This document shows positions 61,213 to 64,000 of a stretch of DNA of 64,000 nt, piece by piece. The position numbers were made by a program, and so were the translations under genes. The notes under the pieces were generated by a model. That model was not told where the DNA came from. It searched no databases and saw only the letters and a program-made list of their open reading frames with translations. Position 1 is the stretch's first letter. Each line of letters starts with the position of its first letter. The DNA comes from Chthoniobacterales bacterium (lineage in GTDB: Bacteria > Verrucomicrobiota > Verrucomicrobiia > Chthoniobacterales > DASVRZ01): NCBI GenBank assembly GCA_038228695.1, contig JBBRPA010000003.1, positions 25,775 through 89,774 of the forward strand, read 5' to 3'.

Positions 61213-62028
61213 ATGAAAAACAGCACCGTCATCACCACCATCCTTGCTTCCCTGACTTTGTCAGCTCTCGCACACGCCGGCAAGGTCGTCATCAAAGGGT
61301 CCGACACACTCGGAGCCAAACTCGTTCCGCAACTCGCGGAAGCCTTCAAGGCGAAAAATCCCGACGCCAAGTTTGAGATTGCCGCAGAGGGTTCCACCAC
61401 GGGATTCGCCGCGCTGATTGACGGGACTGCTGACATCGGCATGTCCAGCCGCCGCGCCAAACCTGCTGAAATGTCGGCCGCCACCGCGAAAGGGCTGAAT
61501 CTGAAGCCCACCATCGTCGCTTATGACGGCATCGTCGTTATCGTCAATGCTGGCTGCCCGGTCAAAAAACTGACCAAACAACAGGTCGAGCAGATCTTTG
61601 CGGGTGACGTTACCGATTGGAGCGCGATTGGCGGGGCTCCGGGCAAAATCTCCGTTTACACCCGTAACACTTCGTCGGGCACCTATTCCGATTGGAAGGA
61701 ACTGGCCATGAAAAAGCGTGATTATGCTCCATCCGCCCAGAAACTCGCCGGCAACGAGCAAATCGTCGCCGAGGTCGCGAAGAACCCTAATGGCGTAGGC
61801 TACGTCGGCATCGCTTACAGCCACGAGGCGGGGATTCATTCCGTCACCGTGGATGGAATCGTTCCAAATGAAGAGGACGTGCGGTCCAAGGCATGGCCTT
61901 ACAGCCGTCCGACCTTCTATTACACCAACGGGGAACCCGCTGGCGACGCCGGTGCGTTTCTCGCCTTCACTCTCAGCACCGAAGGACAGGAAATCGTCAA
62001 GCGCGTTGGCTTTGTCCAAGTGAAATAA
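61213..62028 (+). CDS. pstS: phosphate ABC transporter substrate-binding protein
   Basis: Signal peptide ILASLTLSALAHA. Motifs IKGSDTLG, AEGSTTGFAALIDGTADIGMSSR and TRNTSSGTY. Confidence 0.9.
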   Translation: MKNSTVITTILASLTLSALAHAGKVVIKGSDTLGAKLVPQLAEAFKAKNPDAKFEIAAEGSTTGFAALIDGTADIGMSSRRAKPAEMSAATAKGLNLKPTIVAYDGIVVIVNAGCPVKKLTKQQVEQIFAGDVTDWSAIGGAPGKISVYTRNTSSGTYSDWKELAMKKRDYAPSAQKLAGNEQIVAEVAKNPNGVGYVGIAYSHEAGIHSVTVDGIVPNEEDVRSKAWPYSRPTFYYTNGEPAGDAGAFLAFTLSTEGQEIVKRVGFVQVK

Positions 62029-62050
62029 CCCGGCGCAGTATTCCGATAAA

Positions 62051-62085
62051 AAACCCGTCAGCGGTCGCCGCGACGGGTTTTTTTT
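62051..62085 (+). terminator. rho-independent terminator/attenuator between pstS and pstC
   Basis: AAACCCGTCAGCGG-TCG-CCGCGACGGGTTT forms a GC-rich stem with one bulged A and is followed by TTTTT. Confidence 0.75.
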
Positions 62086-62152
62086 GGTAGTTTATAAAGC
62101 TCACCCGATTTCTCGTTCTGCATCTCCGAAAAAACTGCATCTTCCAACCAAC

Positions 62153-63838
62153 ATGAGCATGACCGCTTCCGAAGAGTCGCTTTTGCGCGACGCACTAATC
62201 AAGCCGCAAGGATTTCGATTCCTCGGCATCGGCTGGGAGTCGGCGATCAAATATTTCTTCGGCGGCAACGCGATCGTCGCGGTCGTTTTGTTGGGACTGA
62301 TCACTGTTTTCCTTTTCCGCGAAGGTTACGGTTTCATCGCCCAAAGTCGCGAAAACATCCGCATCTATCGCGAGGCCGGCTTGGAATTCATCGACATCAT
62401 GCGTGCACGCCAAGAGGCCCACGTGAAACTTGGTCGCCAGATCAACGCCGTGCGGCTCGATCTCTTCAAACAGGCCCAGCGCAAAGGAAAATCTCTCGAC
62501 GAGATCAACGCATCGCTCGCTCCGCTCGACGCGTTTTCCGGCGCTTTCAGTGATTCCGCCGACGCCCTCCGTGGGCTTGTTTCCGACTACGGCGAAATCG
62601 CCGTGGATATCAAACAGCGCGCTTCCCAGATCCATGATCGGGTCGAGCAAAAACAGATGCTTTCCGATGCGGGCCGATTCGAGGAAGCCCGGCAAGTCGA
62701 AGTGCCGCTCATCGATTTCCCGAAGGAACGAAAGGCCATAATCGACACCGCTCCACAATACGATGAAATCTGCCGCACGATGCGGACCCAACTGGTCGCG
62801 TTGGTCAATAACCCCAACCCGGGTTTCGATTCGATGCCGTCAAAAACCCGCGACCTTTTTAAGACCGACCTGCTTGCCTTTCTCGACTACCTCGATCGCG
62901 GTCGTACCGAATTGGCAGCCATCAATCTAGATAAACCCGTCGGGTATTTCGCCGGCGTCGTGGAATTTTTCACCCATCCGGAATGGATCACGGCCAGCTT
63001 CTGGCAGGATTGGTATGGCGTCGTCCCGCTGTTCGTGGGTTCCCTTTTTGTCTCGACTATCGCTCTCCTCATCGCCGTCCCGCTCGGAGTCAGCGCAGCG
63101 GTTTACGTCAATCAAATTGCTGGCTTGCGCGAAGGGAATTTTATCAAGCCTGCGATTGAGTTCATCGCCGCTTTTCCTTCGGTAGTTCTCGGCTTTTTTG
63201 GTGTCGCCATCCTCGGGGAAACTCTCCGAAATGTAACCAACGGTATCGTTTTCGACCCTGTCTGGGTCAAGAGCCTGCCCGCCTTGATCGAATGGCTCCC
63301 AGCCTCGCTTAACTATGTCACGCACGTCGTCGCCGGGTGGGTGCCCTTTTTTCCGATCGCCGAACGGCTGAATGCAATGACGGCGGGCATCCTTCTCGGG
63401 CTGATGGCCGTGCCGACGATTTTTTCCCTCGCCGAGGACGCCATCAACAACGTGCCGGTTCACCTCAAGGAAGCCTCTTTCGCGCTGGGCGCTTCTAAAC
63501 TGCAAACGCTGATCAAAATCACCGTCCCAGCCGCGCTCTCCGGCATCATTGCAGCGGTTTTGCTTGGCTTCGGACGTGTGATTGGCGAGACCATGGTCGT
63601 CCTGCTTTGCGCCGGGAACCGGATCAAAATTCCTGATTTCACGGATGGCCTCGGTGCTTTTTTCCAACCGGTCCACACTATGACCGGTATCATTGCCCAG
63701 GAAATGGGCGAGGTGCCTTCCGGCTCGATTCATTACCGGGCCCTGTTCATGGTCGCGATTCTTCTTTTTCTGCTCGCGCTTCTAATTAACTATTTCGCCC
63801 AGAAAGTGGTCCGCAAATTCAAAATTTCCATCGGCTGA
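62153..63838 (+). CDS. pstC: phosphate ABC transporter permease PstC (long form with ~250-aa N-terminal extension)
   Basis: Start refined to MSMTASEES (ATG 62153, downstream of the terminator). The C-terminal half has the ABC permease EAA-like region EDAINNVPVHLKEASFALGASKLQTLIKITVPAALSGI. Confidence 0.88.
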   Translation: MSMTASEESLLRDALIKPQGFRFLGIGWESAIKYFFGGNAIVAVVLLGLITVFLFREGYGFIAQSRENIRIYREAGLEFIDIMRARQEAHVKLGRQINAVRLDLFKQAQRKGKSLDEINASLAPLDAFSGAFSDSADALRGLVSDYGEIAVDIKQRASQIHDRVEQKQMLSDAGRFEEARQVEVPLIDFPKERKAIIDTAPQYDEICRTMRTQLVALVNNPNPGFDSMPSKTRDLFKTDLLAFLDYLDRGRTELAAINLDKPVGYFAGVVEFFTHPEWITASFWQDWYGVVPLFVGSLFVSTIALLIAVPLGVSAAVYVNQIAGLREGNFIKPAIEFIAAFPSVVLGFFGVAILGETLRNVTNGIVFDPVWVKSLPALIEWLPASLNYVTHVVAGWVPFFPIAERLNAMTAGILLGLMAVPTIFSLAEDAINNVPVHLKEASFALGASKLQTLIKITVPAALSGIIAAVLLGFGRVIGETMVVLLCAGNRIKIPDFTDGLGAFFQPVHTMTGIIAQEMGEVPSGSIHYRALFMVAILLFLLALLINYFAQKVVRKFKISIG

Positions 63839-64000
63839 TGCAACCACCCGCCAACATCTTCGCCGAGAAGCCCTCCCTCTGGCTCACCCTCGAGAAATCC
63901 GTCTTTCTGCTCTTTCGGGCAGCGACTTACCTCGTCCTCATTTTTTCCGCCTCGATTATTCTCACCATCTCATTCAAAGGCTTGGGCGCGGTCCTTCAGT
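63838..64000 (+). CDS. pstA: phosphate ABC transporter permease PstA (5' fragment, truncated by the window end)
   Basis: The ATG overlaps the pstC stop (ATGA). Translation MQPPANIFAEKPSLWLTLEKSVFLLFRAATYLVLIFSASIILTI. The call rests on position after pstC. Confidence 0.75.
   Translation, partial: MQPPANIFAEKPSLWLTLEKSVFLLFRAATYLVLIFSASIILTISFKGLGAVLQ

Overview
This is a 64-kb chromosomal segment from a moderately GC-rich Gram-negative bacterium. The gene content and protein architectures suggest a PVC/Verrucomicrobiota-like organism: giant secreted FN3/thrombospondin-repeat proteins, K/P-rich RpoD N-terminus, SITP/VMEW-type octamer repeats. That placement is inference only; no database search was run. 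I can support about 45 protein genes, 2 tRNAs, one frameshifted porin gene, a few regulatory sites and some intergenic repeats. I found no CRISPR array, transposase, integrase or phage genes.

Housekeeping genes:
- dnaG-rpoD, pdxA, a tgt fusion, exported msrA/msrB, speA, mfd, pta, a GDP-mannose pyrophosphorylase, ruvX and a KAS gene.

Accessory or otherwise notable content:
1. An alpha-glucan locus with a divergent LacI regulator, a 1058-aa GH13-like protein and a 2939-aa GH13 + Ca-repeat + GH57-like giant. Both proteins, and an unrelated FN3-cyclophilin protein about 25 kb away, end in a similar C-terminal module that I cannot name.
2. An envelope-glycan modification cluster: three GT-C-like membrane proteins (one fused to GtrA) plus an SGNH-like/MBOAT pair.
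3. A glutaredoxin-like gene followed by a small anchored protein and an HTTM-like membrane protein, reminiscent of SdpA/SdpB.
4. A cupredoxin / hybrid histidine kinase / beta-barrel operon.
5. A Pho cluster (phoB, porin, pstSCA). Its 18-bp Pho-box-like motif recurs in the opposite orientation in front of a RibD_C-SRPBCC-ketosynthase operon.
6. A Tgt-MnmC-like methyltransferase fusion.
7. A ParE-type toxin-antitoxin pair.

All product calls rest on motifs I recognise in the supplied translations. Start codons were refined by hand where noted.
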